The notes: generated by a model not told the origin, from the sequence alone. Counted from the stretch's first letter, positions 1-9,769 are shown. The stretch is DNA of 64,000 nucleotides from an uncultured Nitrosomonas sp. (GCA_964639015.1 CAZXBP010000001.1:10192-74191), one strand, 5' to 3'. Numbers and translations are program-made.

Positions 1-380
1 ATATCTAGCCCAATCGATTTTAATGCCTTACTGACATCACACTTGTTGTTGTAGGTTGAACGACTCAAAATCATTTCAGTACTGTGGACTAGGAAGTCAC
101 CCACTGTTGATTCTCTGCATTCAGCCAATTGATGAAATGAAACCCGCAGCTCCGATTTTTTGATCTGCTCAGGTGTGGCAAAAGGCAATTTCCAACCAAT
201 AAGGACACGAATAAAATCTTCAAGAGTTGCGTGCAATAAAACCACTGCTGCTCGCAGCAAATCGGCATCATGCTTTCCGTGCTTTTTCTCAGTATTTGCT
301 AAAGATTCATAGATCGAAACTAGGTTTCTAACCCGCTCAAGGTTTTCCTTGGAACGCTCCTGGAATTGTTGGAATTGCAT
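1..380 (-). CDS. partial CDS (first ~126 codons, runs off left edge): hypothetical, possibly HEPN-like helical protein
   Basis: My own minus-strand translation from the ATG at 380-378 gives MQFQQFQERSKENLERVRNLVSIYESLANTEKKHGKHDADLLRAAVVLLHATLEDFIRVLIGW... and stays open to position 1. It is absent from the ORF track because it has no stop in the window. The ATG overlaps the TGA of the upstream methyltransferase (ATGA). The HEPN-like idea rests only on the LLRAAVVLLHATLEDF helix pattern. Confidence 0.45.
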   Translation of the reverse strand, partial: MQFQQFQERSKENLERVRNLVSIYESLANTEKKHGKHDADLLRAAVVLLHATLEDFIRVLIGWKLPFATPEQIKKSELRVSFHQLAECRESTVGDFLVHSTEMILSRSTYNNKCDVSKALKSIGLD

Positions 381-3300
381 CACTGGTCTACCTTGCAAAT
401 CGAACGGTATAGTGCTTCGCGCCATTCGCCTTGCCGCTCAACCAGGCCGTCTGCGAGTAAGTCGGCGGTTGCTGCACTCCATTGACCGTCCGTAATGCCG
501 GTAGCAGCGAGGATGTCGGCCTTAAAGTGCCAGCCGTCGTGCGTATTTAAAAAATTAAGAATCGCTGTAGCTGGTGCCCCGCCATTGGCAGTAGTTTTGG
601 CCTCTGTGCCGGAATTAAGCGAGGACTGGGTCTGGGTGGCGCGGGCAACACGGTCTGAGGTTCGAGTTCCGGCATTGCCATGCAGTCCTTGGGCGACCTC
701 TTCCTCGTAACGTTCATGATTGAGTTTGAGCAGGCGTTGCAGAACTTCACGCCTAGCCTCATCGGAAATGGTGAAGCGTATACCTTGCTTTATTTTATGA
801 AATCCATGGCTAAGATCTAAATCATTCCAGCCGTATGATGCTGATGTGATAATGTCCATTTGAGTATGTAAGCAACGCAATTCTTGAATTTCATCTGACA
901 CATCACATTGGTCATGAAACCGGTTATAAAAAAGAGTGAGACCAATGCTATTTTTCAAAAGATATTCTTTTCGAAAATCATAATATTTTGAACCGATTGA
1001 TCGCAATTCATTATTAAATTCAGGAAATGGATAAGTTTGAAAGCAGGAAGTTGGTGTATAGCGTACATTTGCAACACCCCCCAATGTCGATGAGGTTTCG
1101 AACACCCAAATCCAATGAAAATTGCTCTGCATCACAGAAAAAAATGCATCGTCATCTACTGTAAAGCAGATTAACTGAACGTCGAAAATCATTTCTGGAT
1201 TGGCCCATGAAACTGCATTCGTTCCACTCACACGGGCTGTTACCAATACTCGTTGTATTTCCGATAATTTCTCATATAGCGCAATCCTTGGTCCACCGTA
1301 TTGCCACCACAGCCTTGCTGCTGTTTTATTAAAGCTGTTTATTGGTTTTAGCGCCAATCGTTCTGGCTTTACTCTCTCTTCAACTATTTTCAAATACTCA
1401 GGGTAATCTGCGGCAACTACAAAAGGATAATCTAAAGGTACTATGCCTTCAGTTAACATTTTATTTCGCTGTGTTTTATTTGCTGTTGCCCAGCTTATTT
1501 CCATGTCTACTTTCTTTAAAGGGTAATTAGAGAAATTTACAATCCATTTGCTTGGTTGCTGAATTGGACTAGAGTTAAAATCTTTACCATTTAAGTACGG
1601 AAGTATGATGTGTTCCTTAGTTGCAGCGGCATGTGAAAATAATTGCTTTACCTCACTTTCTGTTAGTACAAAACCACTACCACAAACATTCGATCCCTGA
1701 AAGGATTTGTTATCATTGGAAAACAATTTATTTGGTGTAGCCATTTGTTTGGACGCTTCTGTTAAGCCAGTAGAAATGTATTCAACCGACTTTCCATCTA
1801 GAAAATAGCTGCCTTTCCAGATGCCTGAGAATAGATGAACTACTGATATTTCCATACTTGCAGAGCCCGGCCAAGGTATACTGGCTCTTGCTGAAACAAT
1901 ACTTAATTTTTCGGTAAGTTGTTCAAGGCATACTGTTTTCGTATCCCCCTGTGATATTGAATTTGTGGCAATAAATCCCGAGCAGCGGTGCTCCTTAATT
2001 AAATATCTTATTCTTAGGAAAAAGAATGCGCATAGGTCTGCGGCCCCCCTTGCTCCAGTTCTTCCATTAGCTAAAAACTTAAAAAGAAAATCCCTGTAAG
2101 CTCTCCCAAAACAAGTGAAAAGCTTTAGTCCACCTAAAAACGGCGGATTCCCTACAATTCCGTCAAATCCACCACGTTCGAACACCTCCGGGAACTCCAG
2201 TGCCCAATGGAAAGGCTTCCGTGGTGGAGTACCTGCCGGAAGATCAATGGAAAGTGACTTTCTCGCCTCTGTAATAATCTTTCGTCCGGTCTCATTGTCG
2301 CCTTCAATATAGGTGGCCGCCCATGTGGAAAGCTTGTCCATGGCGGTATCCAGCGCTCGCTGACTGCTACCGGAAACCAGTGCTTCACCTATCATGGCGT
2401 CGGCGATATGTTCGATATATTCCAGCTTCTGCCGGGCCTGGTGGTCCAGTCGCTCCATGTATTGAATGTTCCGGATATCCTGGATCGGTGTTTCCCTTAG
2501 TTGTTTGCGGAGCGATAGTGCATCCTTGACCGCCGCTTCGATATTGGAAGCGAAGATTGAAATGGTTTTTTTCTTTTCAGGGTGCAGCGAAAACTTGGTC
2601 AACTGCTCTAGCTTATGCAGACCGAGCAGGCTGTCGCCGGAGCGGAGGTTGTGATCGAGAAAGCCGAACGGCCTGCCCTTGGCGAGGGTCACCAGCCAGA
2701 TGGAGAGTTTGGCCAGCTCCACGGCCAGCGGGTTGATGTCCACCCCGTACAGGCAGCGCTCGGCGACCAAGCGGCGGGCGATGGTCAGCCGTTCGTCGAG
2801 CTGGGACGGCAGGGGTTCCTCCGTATCTAGTTGGTCGAGAACTTCGCCGTCGACGGCGATGACTTTTCCGGCCGCCTCTTCGTGCAACCAAGCCTCCACC
2901 AGCTTCTCGCCGAGATAGCGACAGGCCTGAACGAGGAAGGCCCCCGAACCCATAGCGGGGTCGCAGACCTTGAGCTCGAGAATCTCCCGAGACGGCTTGA
3001 GCGTCCATTCTTCGCGGGGCTTGCCACCGGCCGGACCGACGTAAACCACCGGTTCCAGCGTGGTGGTAACGATACTTTCTGTAAGAGATTTCGGAGTGTA
3101 GTGGGTACCTGTCTCTCGCCGGTAGGTCCCAAGGGTGACCATGAACGAATTGTCGCGATAGACGATCGGGTCGTCCCAGGCGTCGGTGCGGATCAGGTTC
3201 GTGAAGGGGTGGATACGCTCGGCCAATGTGGTGTCTCCACCACAGACACCCAACACCCGCCCGAAGACCGTGTCGTCAGCGGGTTTGGATAGGCCGTTCC

Positions 3301-4774
3301 TGATGGCCGATTCGTTCCGCCCGGTGACGTCCAGGACCAATTTGACGAGCGCTGTTTCACCGTCCAGCCACGCCGATTCCAGTTCCGCGAGCGCCACGTT
3401 CGGGTTCTTAGCCTTCTGCGATCCCTGCAGGCCCAGGGTCACGCGGGGAGCGCGAGCCACGGTGTGTTCGAGGAGGCCTTCGTAGACATGCCCGATCTGC
3501 TCTACATCGAGCGCCCGGTAGGACAGCAGCAGCGCCCCGCCGGACTGTTCCAGGATCTGCAGCGAGTTCAAAAGCAGCAGCACGGTGCGGTTGTCGATGG
3601 GTAACGGCGCGGCCGAGGTATCCCGCCAAAGAGTGCCTTTGGCCCGGCCTTCCAGGAACGGAAAACGATCGGGATCGAACAGCGAGCCGCCCAAGGCTGG
3701 CATCCGCAGGCTTTCATGTTCGATACCGCCATAGACGGACCGGAAGACAGCGAGCAACCTGGCCCAGGCATCGTGACGGCGGTCGAGCACCTCCGGTCCG
3801 TGACGATCGGCTTCTTCCGCCAGTTGCCCGCGCAGGGTGGAGACGGCGTAGCACCGGTCGTAGACCGAATCGCCGAGGAGGAGCAGTCCTCGTTCTTCCG
3901 CGCACAGGACGAACACCAGCCGCATCATCACGGTCAGCCCGGCCTCGTAGAGCTCGGTGGGTTTAACGTCGTGGAGGAGTTCCCGGTTGCGGTCCTCGTC
4001 GGCCTTGTCGAGACACTGCACGAGCACCTCGACCGCACGACGAACCTGCTCGCCGAGGGTGTCGGTGACCTCCTCGTGATGCTCGAGGGACTTCGTAAGC
4101 AGAGTTTCCAGGGTGTCTTCCGCCGGGCCGAAACAGCGCCGGACACCGAGCAACGACTGGAAGGCTTTCAGCGTGATCGGCTCCTGGAACCATAGACGTG
4201 CGTACCACGATGCCTGGCTGGAGGTGGAGCCGACTGGCGCGTTGACCAACATCCATCGTTCGCCATCGGTCAGAAGCCCCACGCGCACGCCATGAGCGCG
4301 GCAAAGCAGAGTCATGCGCTCCTGGAGGGAAACGGGCCAGCCGTCATCTCGCTGAACCGATTCGAGATCGGTGTCCGGCGGCAGAACGGCGATGAACAGG
4401 CGCGACTTTCCGTCTGCGGGAGAACGGATGATCCAGTCGGGCTTGAAGGTCCCGGCGTGCTCCTGCGACGAAACGCTTGGGATTTCGTCCGGCCAGTCGC
4501 CCGCGTGGACGAGGGATTCCTGATCGTATTCGAGCATTTCCATCAGCACCAGCCGGACCCATTCCCGGTGCAATTCCGGCAACAGCCTGTCTTCCTGGTC
4601 CACCGCTTCGCGCCATTCCTCATAGGCAGCCCTGAGTTTCTGGCGTCGCGGAGTTGCCACCGCTTCCAGCCCTTGCGGGAACGCTTTGTCCAGCATGGAC
4701 ACGGTCAGGAACGGACCGGATATCTCGATCAGGGAGAGCCATTCGGCGTGTTGGGATAGATTGCCGGTTTTCAT
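380..4774 (-). CDS. large (about 1464 aa) gamma-class N6-adenine DNA methyltransferase of the MmeI / PglX / Type IIG-like family, with a ~560-aa N-terminal extension and a C-terminal TRD-like region
   Basis: GTHYTP (motif X), CDPAMGSGAFL (motif I, nt ~2942-2962) and GIVGNPPF (motif IV, nt 2138-2149). The helical spacer RLVFVLCAEERGLLLLGD and the post-catalytic IATNSISQGDTK...IPWPGSA are typical of MmeI/PglX-type enzymes. The likely start is MKTGNLSQ at 4774, where the ATG overlaps the HNH gene stop (ATGA). Confidence 0.85.
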   Translation of the reverse strand: MKTGNLSQHAEWLSLIEISGPFLTVSMLDKAFPQGLEAVATPRRQKLRAAYEEWREAVDQEDRLLPELHREWVRLVLMEMLEYDQESLVHAGDWPDEIPSVSSQEHAGTFKPDWIIRSPADGKSRLFIAVLPPDTDLESVQRDDGWPVSLQERMTLLCRAHGVRVGLLTDGERWMLVNAPVGSTSSQASWYARLWFQEPITLKAFQSLLGVRRCFGPAEDTLETLLTKSLEHHEEVTDTLGEQVRRAVEVLVQCLDKADEDRNRELLHDVKPTELYEAGLTVMMRLVFVLCAEERGLLLLGDSVYDRCYAVSTLRGQLAEEADRHGPEVLDRRHDAWARLLAVFRSVYGGIEHESLRMPALGGSLFDPDRFPFLEGRAKGTLWRDTSAAPLPIDNRTVLLLLNSLQILEQSGGALLLSYRALDVEQIGHVYEGLLEHTVARAPRVTLGLQGSQKAKNPNVALAELESAWLDGETALVKLVLDVTGRNESAIRNGLSKPADDTVFGRVLGVCGGDTTLAERIHPFTNLIRTDAWDDPIVYRDNSFMVTLGTYRRETGTHYTPKSLTESIVTTTLEPVVYVGPAGGKPREEWTLKPSREILELKVCDPAMGSGAFLVQACRYLGEKLVEAWLHEEAAGKVIAVDGEVLDQLDTEEPLPSQLDERLTIARRLVAERCLYGVDINPLAVELAKLSIWLVTLAKGRPFGFLDHNLRSGDSLLGLHKLEQLTKFSLHPEKKKTISIFASNIEAAVKDALSLRKQLRETPIQDIRNIQYMERLDHQARQKLEYIEHIADAMIGEALVSGSSQRALDTAMDKLSTWAATYIEGDNETGRKIITEARKSLSIDLPAGTPPRKPFHWALEFPEVFERGGFDGIVGNPPFLGGLKLFTCFGRAYRDFLFKFLANGRTGARGAADLCAFFFLRIRYLIKEHRCSGFIATNSISQGDTKTVCLEQLTEKLSIVSARASIPWPGSASMEISVVHLFSGIWKGSYFLDGKSVEYISTGLTEASKQMATPNKLFSNDNKSFQGSNVCGSGFVLTESEVKQLFSHAAATKEHIILPYLNGKDFNSSPIQQPSKWIVNFSNYPLKKVDMEISWATANKTQRNKMLTEGIVPLDYPFVVAADYPEYLKIVEERVKPERLALKPINSFNKTAARLWWQYGGPRIALYEKLSEIQRVLVTARVSGTNAVSWANPEMIFDVQLICFTVDDDAFFSVMQSNFHWIWVFETSSTLGGVANVRYTPTSCFQTYPFPEFNNELRSIGSKYYDFRKEYLLKNSIGLTLFYNRFHDQCDVSDEIQELRCLHTQMDIITSASYGWNDLDLSHGFHKIKQGIRFTISDEARREVLQRLLKLNHERYEEEVAQGLHGNAGTRTSDRVARATQTQSSLNSGTEAKTTANGGAPATAILNFLNTHDGWHFKADILAATGITDGQWSAATADLLADGLVERQGEWREALYRSICKVDQ

Positions 4775-5466
4775 TCCTCCCACCTCACCGAACAAGCCAA
4801 ATACTCGCTAAAGACCATTCGTGTCTCAATTGCATCACTTTGCGTGACGGAGTACCGGTAGCGTCCACGTTGTACATGAATCCAGCCGTTTTCGTAATTC
4901 TTATCGGCGACGAGAAGCCTCTGCATCGCCCGACTTCCGACTTCAGGCCAAAACGCCAATTCGCCGAAACCCAGGTTTTCGAAACAAGAAATGCTCTCTG
5001 GGTCAAGAGAGGTGAATGGAGCAATGCTCACTTCCGCCTCATCTAAAGGAACAAGCAACCCAAGTTCGTAAAGAACATGACCAGCCGCCACCTTCTTGAT
5101 GACATTCATAACCCGATCGTGTTCGACATCGAAAATAACTCCGTCATCCGTTTCTCTTCGAGCTCTTGCAATACGTTCAGCCAATCCAAGTGCGTGAAGT
5201 AGGGATTTCTTGGTAGTCTCACGTTGAAGTGAGTTTGAGTCAGCTGTTCCCGAGATAACGCAATCAATCAGACAAGCCATGTATTCTTCATCTAAGGAAT
5301 ATGCATGGTTGCATCTGGCGCAAGCATCCACGATAGGGAGATCAGATGGATAGGGTTCATCGAGAAACACTCTCGGAGGCACGTGTTCTCGTGTTTCAGG
5401 AAGCCCACCACAGTAGATGCACATGCCTCGAGTGCGGTCATCCGAGTAATCATCGAAATGCTTCAT
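4771..5466 (-). CDS. HNH-family endonuclease-like protein (231 aa)
   Basis: The N-terminal segment CIYCGG...REHVPPRVF...DACARCNH fits the CxxC...H...CxxC(N/H) HNH zinc-finger nuclease pattern. Its start overlaps the SNF2 stop (TAATG) and its stop overlaps the methyltransferase start (ATGA). Confidence 0.65.
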   Translation of the reverse strand: MKHFDDYSDDRTRGMCIYCGGLPETREHVPPRVFLDEPYPSDLPIVDACARCNHAYSLDEEYMACLIDCVISGTADSNSLQRETTKKSLLHALGLAERIARARRETDDGVIFDVEHDRVMNVIKKVAAGHVLYELGLLVPLDEAEVSIAPFTSLDPESISCFENLGFGELAFWPEVGSRAMQRLLVADKNYENGWIHVQRGRYRYSVTQSDAIETRMVFSEYLACSVRWEE

Positions 5467-8400
5467 TAGGCCGCACCTTCTCCTATGTGTGTCTGAGGAA
5501 CGAGGAACACGACGGCCACCGGGAACGTTCGATCCGCCGGGATGGCGTAGTGTTTCTCGATCGCGGTCTTTTCTTCTTCCCGCTCTTCCGGAATCCGGGC
5601 CAAACGGGCTTCCAAAGCTTGGGTATCCTTCTTGATTTGTCCGAGTTCTTCATCACTGAAGAGTGACAACTGAACAGGCTTGCCGTCTTGGCCCAATTCC
5701 TTCCTGATGCTCCCCTCCAACTCGTCGAGGATCGTCAGTACGTCGGCAACTTCGTTTTTCATCCGCCTGTCTAGGGTGTTCTCGAGAAACTTCAAGCGGT
5801 CCTTGGATCTCGCTTCGACGGCTGCCATGAGAGCGTTTTCGTGGCGCTTGAACCTGTCCTTCAGAACGTCGAACAGCGCCTGGTCGGGTTGGATAGGCGA
5901 ACCTTGGGCAACCAGAGCTTCCAGTTTGCCGACCTGGGCGATGCGGGCGAACCGTTTGTGTTCGATTTCGCCACCGGCGAGGGTCAGTTCTTCGTGAAGG
6001 CGATGGTGATCTCCGCCGGTGATCACCAAGCGCGACCAAACCGCCACCGCCGGGACTCGCAATTCACTGTCGGGTAAGGTTCGGAACGTCACGCGGTGAA
6101 GTCGTTTGACGTCGTCGAGCTTCCAGATCTCCTCGCGAAGCAGTCGCAGACACATCTGCACCAGCCGGTGGTTGAGATGGGCCAGGACGACATCGTCTCT
6201 GCCTTTGGCGACATCGTGATCGAAGGTGATCGGGCGGCGAACGCCGGTATGGGGATGTTCCAGCCCGACGGTGGCTCTGCCCCAGGAGCCGGGCAGGATG
6301 GGTACTTCGAAAACACTTCTCTTTTCACCGTGACTTGATCTAATGGGCTTGAGCGATGGCTTTTCCGCCAGTTCCAAAGCGACCTCAACCGCACGCGCAA
6401 TGTGTTCTGGCGACAGATGAAAATCGTTCTTCGCTTCCATAAGTTTGTCGTGAAGTCGGGCGATGCGCTCCTGTAGACGCTTTTCCGCCGTGACGAACTT
6501 TCTTGCCGAGGCGGCTTTTGCTTCTGCATAGGCGGTATCCAGACCACTGCGTCGACCGAGCATAGCCTCTTCGATCTGTCGGGCGATAACCGGTCCGACA
6601 CTACCGAGATCCTCCCGAATGGTGTCGATTTTGAGGACCGCACGCATCAGATACTCGTGATCGCCTGAGACATCTCCGGGTTTCCCGTGGCTTGATCGGG
6701 TATTGGCGGCCGCACTCGCGGAGAAGCCTTTCCCCACCGGATGCCAGATGAAAACGGCCTCTTCCTTCTGTCCGTGGCGGTCGATACGACCATTACGCTG
6801 TTCCATGACATTCGGATTCCACGGAATCTCGACATGGATGAGGTAGTTGCAGTGGTTCTGCAGGTCGATACCTTCCGAGGCCGCGTCGGTCGCGAGCAGG
6901 ATGCGAACCGGTGAAACGTCTGGATGCGCCTGGAATGCGGCTTTGCCCGATTCGCGCTCGTCCGGCAGCATGCTTCCATGAAGGTACATCAGGCGATCGC
7001 CGCCGTAGCCGTTGGCAGTGAGAATCTGATGGAGCCACGAATGGGTGGCCCGGTATTCGGTGAACAGAATCACTCGCTTTCCGTTCCACCGACCATCGGT
7101 CTTCAGATGGCTCTCGAGCCATTCGAGAATGGCGTTGGCTTTCGAGTCGACGCGGTTGCGTGCTTTCTCAGACCATGCGGTGAGCCGGTCGAGCATGTCT
7201 CTCTGCTCGCGTGACAGAGGTGGAGCGAGTTCGCCCACCACCTCGACCGCTTCATGCTGGGCTTCTTCGACCAGAGAGTCGTCCGAATACTCCTCTTCGG
7301 TTTTCAGGATCGCCTTACGCAGAATGCGATCGTCCATGGCGTCGCGATCGCCTTTGGGCTTGCCGCGTTCGAGAGTGTCCCGATGTTTTGCAAGTGTGAG
7401 CGCGAAAGCCATGGGCGAGGAAAAGAGGCGTTTCTTGAGAAGCATATGAACAAAATCGGTTCCATATTCGAAGCGCGTGCCCTTGACGCTCTTCGAACGA
7501 TCGACCGTGTACTCTCCGAGCAAGGCGTGGATCTGCCGCTCCTCCTCGGGGTAGTCGATTTCGAGACCTTCGAGCTTGCGTACCGGAAACACCGGCTTGC
7601 CGTTCGCGTCGACGATGTCGCTCTTCAGTCGGCGAACCATGACGCGGTGGAGCTGTTTCTCGTCCGGCATCACCGTCCTGGCGAACCGCTGATCGTCCAG
7701 CAACTCCAGCAACGAGGTGAACGACTCCTGATATCCGTTGTGGGGTGTTGCGCTCAAAAACAGCCGATGGGTGAAGTGAGGAGCGAGCGACCGGATCAGC
7801 CGCGTTCTCTGGCTTTCCAGGGCATACATGGATGCCGACGCCGGTGCGACGTTGTGCGCCTCGTCGACGACCAGAATGTCGAATTTTCTCGGATAGATAA
7901 TGTGAGGAGGGAGTACGTCCTTCAACAACCGGAAACCCTCGCCGCTCTTCATCCAGTCCATCGAGGTGACGAGACGTGGATAGGACGTCCAAGGATTCAC
8001 GTGGATGCCGCGTTCGCGACGAAGGCGCTTGATGTACTCGGTGTCGACGATCCGAAACTCGAGGCCGAATTTTTCCTGCATCTCGGTCTGCCATTTGACC
8101 TGCAGGCTGGCAGGGCAAACGACGAACACGGTCCTGGCGCGATGACGGACGAGCAGCTCCTGGATGACCAGTCCCGCCTCAATCGTTTTACCCAAGCCAA
8201 CATCGTCCGCGATGAGGAGATTGACGCGAGCCATCTCGACGGCTCGAACCAACGGATCGAGCTGGTAGTCCTCAATGGTTATCCCGCTCCGGAAAGGCGA
8301 TTGCAGAAAAGAGCGATCCGCGTTGGTGACGGCTCCCCAGCGAACGGCGTCGAGAAAGGCCTCCAGGCGGTCGTCGCTGTCCCAGCCGGTGATCGATGGC

Positions 8401-8654
8401 AGACCCGCCTTTTCCAGGACCTGGGCTCCGGCCTCCATCTGCCAGACGACCTGGATTTCTTCGCCCATGGAATCTTCGTCCAGGGAGGACAGGCCGACGA
8501 GGTGTTGATCACCGTTGCTCGCCGGTGACAAGGCTCCACTGGAAACATCGGTGACCACCCATTGACGACGTCGGACTTCGACGAATTGACCGGGCTCGGG
8601 AATGGCACCGAAACGAACGACACCGCTCGCCGAATTTGCACTGCTTGCTGTCAT
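5466..8654 (-). CDS. SNF2/RapA-family (DrmD-like) superfamily-2 helicase/translocase, 1062 aa
   Basis: Motif I LIADDVGLGKT, motif II VVDEAHNV, motif III LSATPHNG. The C-lobe has LLATDAASEGIDLQ and WNPNVMEQRNGRIDRHGQ. A ~400-aa extension of unknown function follows at the C-terminus. Confidence 0.9.
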   Translation of the reverse strand: MTASSANSASGVVRFGAIPEPGQFVEVRRRQWVVTDVSSGALSPASNGDQHLVGLSSLDEDSMGEEIQVVWQMEAGAQVLEKAGLPSITGWDSDDRLEAFLDAVRWGAVTNADRSFLQSPFRSGITIEDYQLDPLVRAVEMARVNLLIADDVGLGKTIEAGLVIQELLVRHRARTVFVVCPASLQVKWQTEMQEKFGLEFRIVDTEYIKRLRRERGIHVNPWTSYPRLVTSMDWMKSGEGFRLLKDVLPPHIIYPRKFDILVVDEAHNVAPASASMYALESQRTRLIRSLAPHFTHRLFLSATPHNGYQESFTSLLELLDDQRFARTVMPDEKQLHRVMVRRLKSDIVDANGKPVFPVRKLEGLEIDYPEEERQIHALLGEYTVDRSKSVKGTRFEYGTDFVHMLLKKRLFSSPMAFALTLAKHRDTLERGKPKGDRDAMDDRILRKAILKTEEEYSDDSLVEEAQHEAVEVVGELAPPLSREQRDMLDRLTAWSEKARNRVDSKANAILEWLESHLKTDGRWNGKRVILFTEYRATHSWLHQILTANGYGGDRLMYLHGSMLPDERESGKAAFQAHPDVSPVRILLATDAASEGIDLQNHCNYLIHVEIPWNPNVMEQRNGRIDRHGQKEEAVFIWHPVGKGFSASAAANTRSSHGKPGDVSGDHEYLMRAVLKIDTIREDLGSVGPVIARQIEEAMLGRRSGLDTAYAEAKAASARKFVTAEKRLQERIARLHDKLMEAKNDFHLSPEHIARAVEVALELAEKPSLKPIRSSHGEKRSVFEVPILPGSWGRATVGLEHPHTGVRRPITFDHDVAKGRDDVVLAHLNHRLVQMCLRLLREEIWKLDDVKRLHRVTFRTLPDSELRVPAVAVWSRLVITGGDHHRLHEELTLAGGEIEHKRFARIAQVGKLEALVAQGSPIQPDQALFDVLKDRFKRHENALMAAVEARSKDRLKFLENTLDRRMKNEVADVLTILDELEGSIRKELGQDGKPVQLSLFSDEELGQIKKDTQALEARLARIPEEREEEKTAIEKHYAIPADRTFPVAVVFLVPQTHIGEGAA

Positions 8655-9769
8655 TTAGATCGACAGTTCCTCCGTTTCGACCGATACACTCTCTTGGTCG
8701 CATCCGACACATGCGATAACAGGCTCGCACCGATAACCTCTCCGAGGGTGACGGGAACGGCATTACCGATCAATCTTCCAATGGATTTTTGACATATTTG
8801 TTCCCCAGGTCGAACGAATTCGTAATGCCGTGGAAAGCTTTGGAGAATCGCTCCTTCTCTCAAGGAAATAGCCCTATTTTGTTCGGGGTGTCCGAAGCGG
8901 CCGTTGCCGAAACCGTAGAATTGGGTTGTCATGGTTGGAGCGGGATTATCCCAAGTCATGCGGCCATAGACACTCGGATAAGTTTTTCCAGAAGACCTTT
9001 TGTGGCAGTCGACCACCAGATCTTTGGGCCAATCACGCCAAGTTCCACCAGGCCTGGAGACTTCTATCCGGCGCATGTTGATTTCTGAGAGAGCCGAACA
9101 TTGATGCAGCGGATCTTCATGGTAACTCGTTCCGGCATGAATTGCGGGAAGATCGCCGATTGCTTCCTTGACAGTTTGTGGTTTCTTACCGATTTCAGAT
9201 GGTGAGAGCAAGGATATGCTACCAAGTTTCGATGCCAACAGCACCAGACGATTACGTTGCTGTGGAACTCCGTATTCGGCGCAATTGACGACTTGATACA
9301 CTACCGAATACCCGTTACCCTTGAGATTGGTCACGAATTCGTCGAAGACATTTTGTTTGACGAGCCGAGGCACGTTCTCCATTGTCACCAGATCTGGTGA
9401 CAGCTCATTGACAAATCTCGAGAACTCCCGCAGGAGCCACCATCGCTTGTCGGCTTCTGTCGCTTTCTGGTTGTATCTGGAAAAGGTCTGACAAGGAGCG
9501 CAACCGGCCAGGAGCTTGATTCCATTCTTTCTGAAATGGGTCGCCAGCTCACCTGCTGACAGATCTTCCACCGACTTGAGCAGAAATTTAGCATTGTTGT
9601 TGATGATATAGGGGTATTCACAAGCCGGATCTATGTCCACGCCAAGACAAACATTGACTCCGGCCTTGACAAGACCGTGTGTCAGTCCACCCGCACCGCA
9701 GAATAAGTCGACGGCATAGATATTTCGCCCTTCCGTCGCTCTGACCTTTGTCCGTGATCCGTTTTTCAT
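8651..9769 (-). CDS. dcm: DNA (cytosine-5)-methyltransferase
   Basis: DLFCGAGGLTHG (motif I), GCAPCQTFS (motif IV, catalytic Cys), MENVPRL (motif VI), QQRNRLV (motif VIII) and IGNAVP (motif X). I prefer the start MKNGSRTK at 9769, which forms an ATGA overlap with the HTH gene stop, over the longer track ORF starting at 9904. Confidence 0.9.
   Translation of the reverse strand: MKNGSRTKVRATEGRNIYAVDLFCGAGGLTHGLVKAGVNVCLGVDIDPACEYPYIINNNAKFLLKSVEDLSAGELATHFRKNGIKLLAGCAPCQTFSRYNQKATEADKRWWLLREFSRFVNELSPDLVTMENVPRLVKQNVFDEFVTNLKGNGYSVVYQVVNCAEYGVPQQRNRLVLLASKLGSISLLSPSEIGKKPQTVKEAIGDLPAIHAGTSYHEDPLHQCSALSEINMRRIEVSRPGGTWRDWPKDLVVDCHKRSSGKTYPSVYGRMTWDNPAPTMTTQFYGFGNGRFGHPEQNRAISLREGAILQSFPRHYEFVRPGEQICQKSIGRLIGNAVPVTLGEVIGASLLSHVSDATKRVYRSKRRNCRSK

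Noticed and set aside
7254-8528. A 424-aa plus-strand ORF, plus many other 60-270-aa ORFs on both strands between 2100 and 8800.
   Set aside because: They lie antisense to, or out of frame within, the GC-rich SNF2 and MTase genes. Long spurious ORFs are expected at this GC content. They are Arg/Pro/Gly-rich with no motifs, whereas the minus-strand frames carry complete helicase and MTase motif sets.
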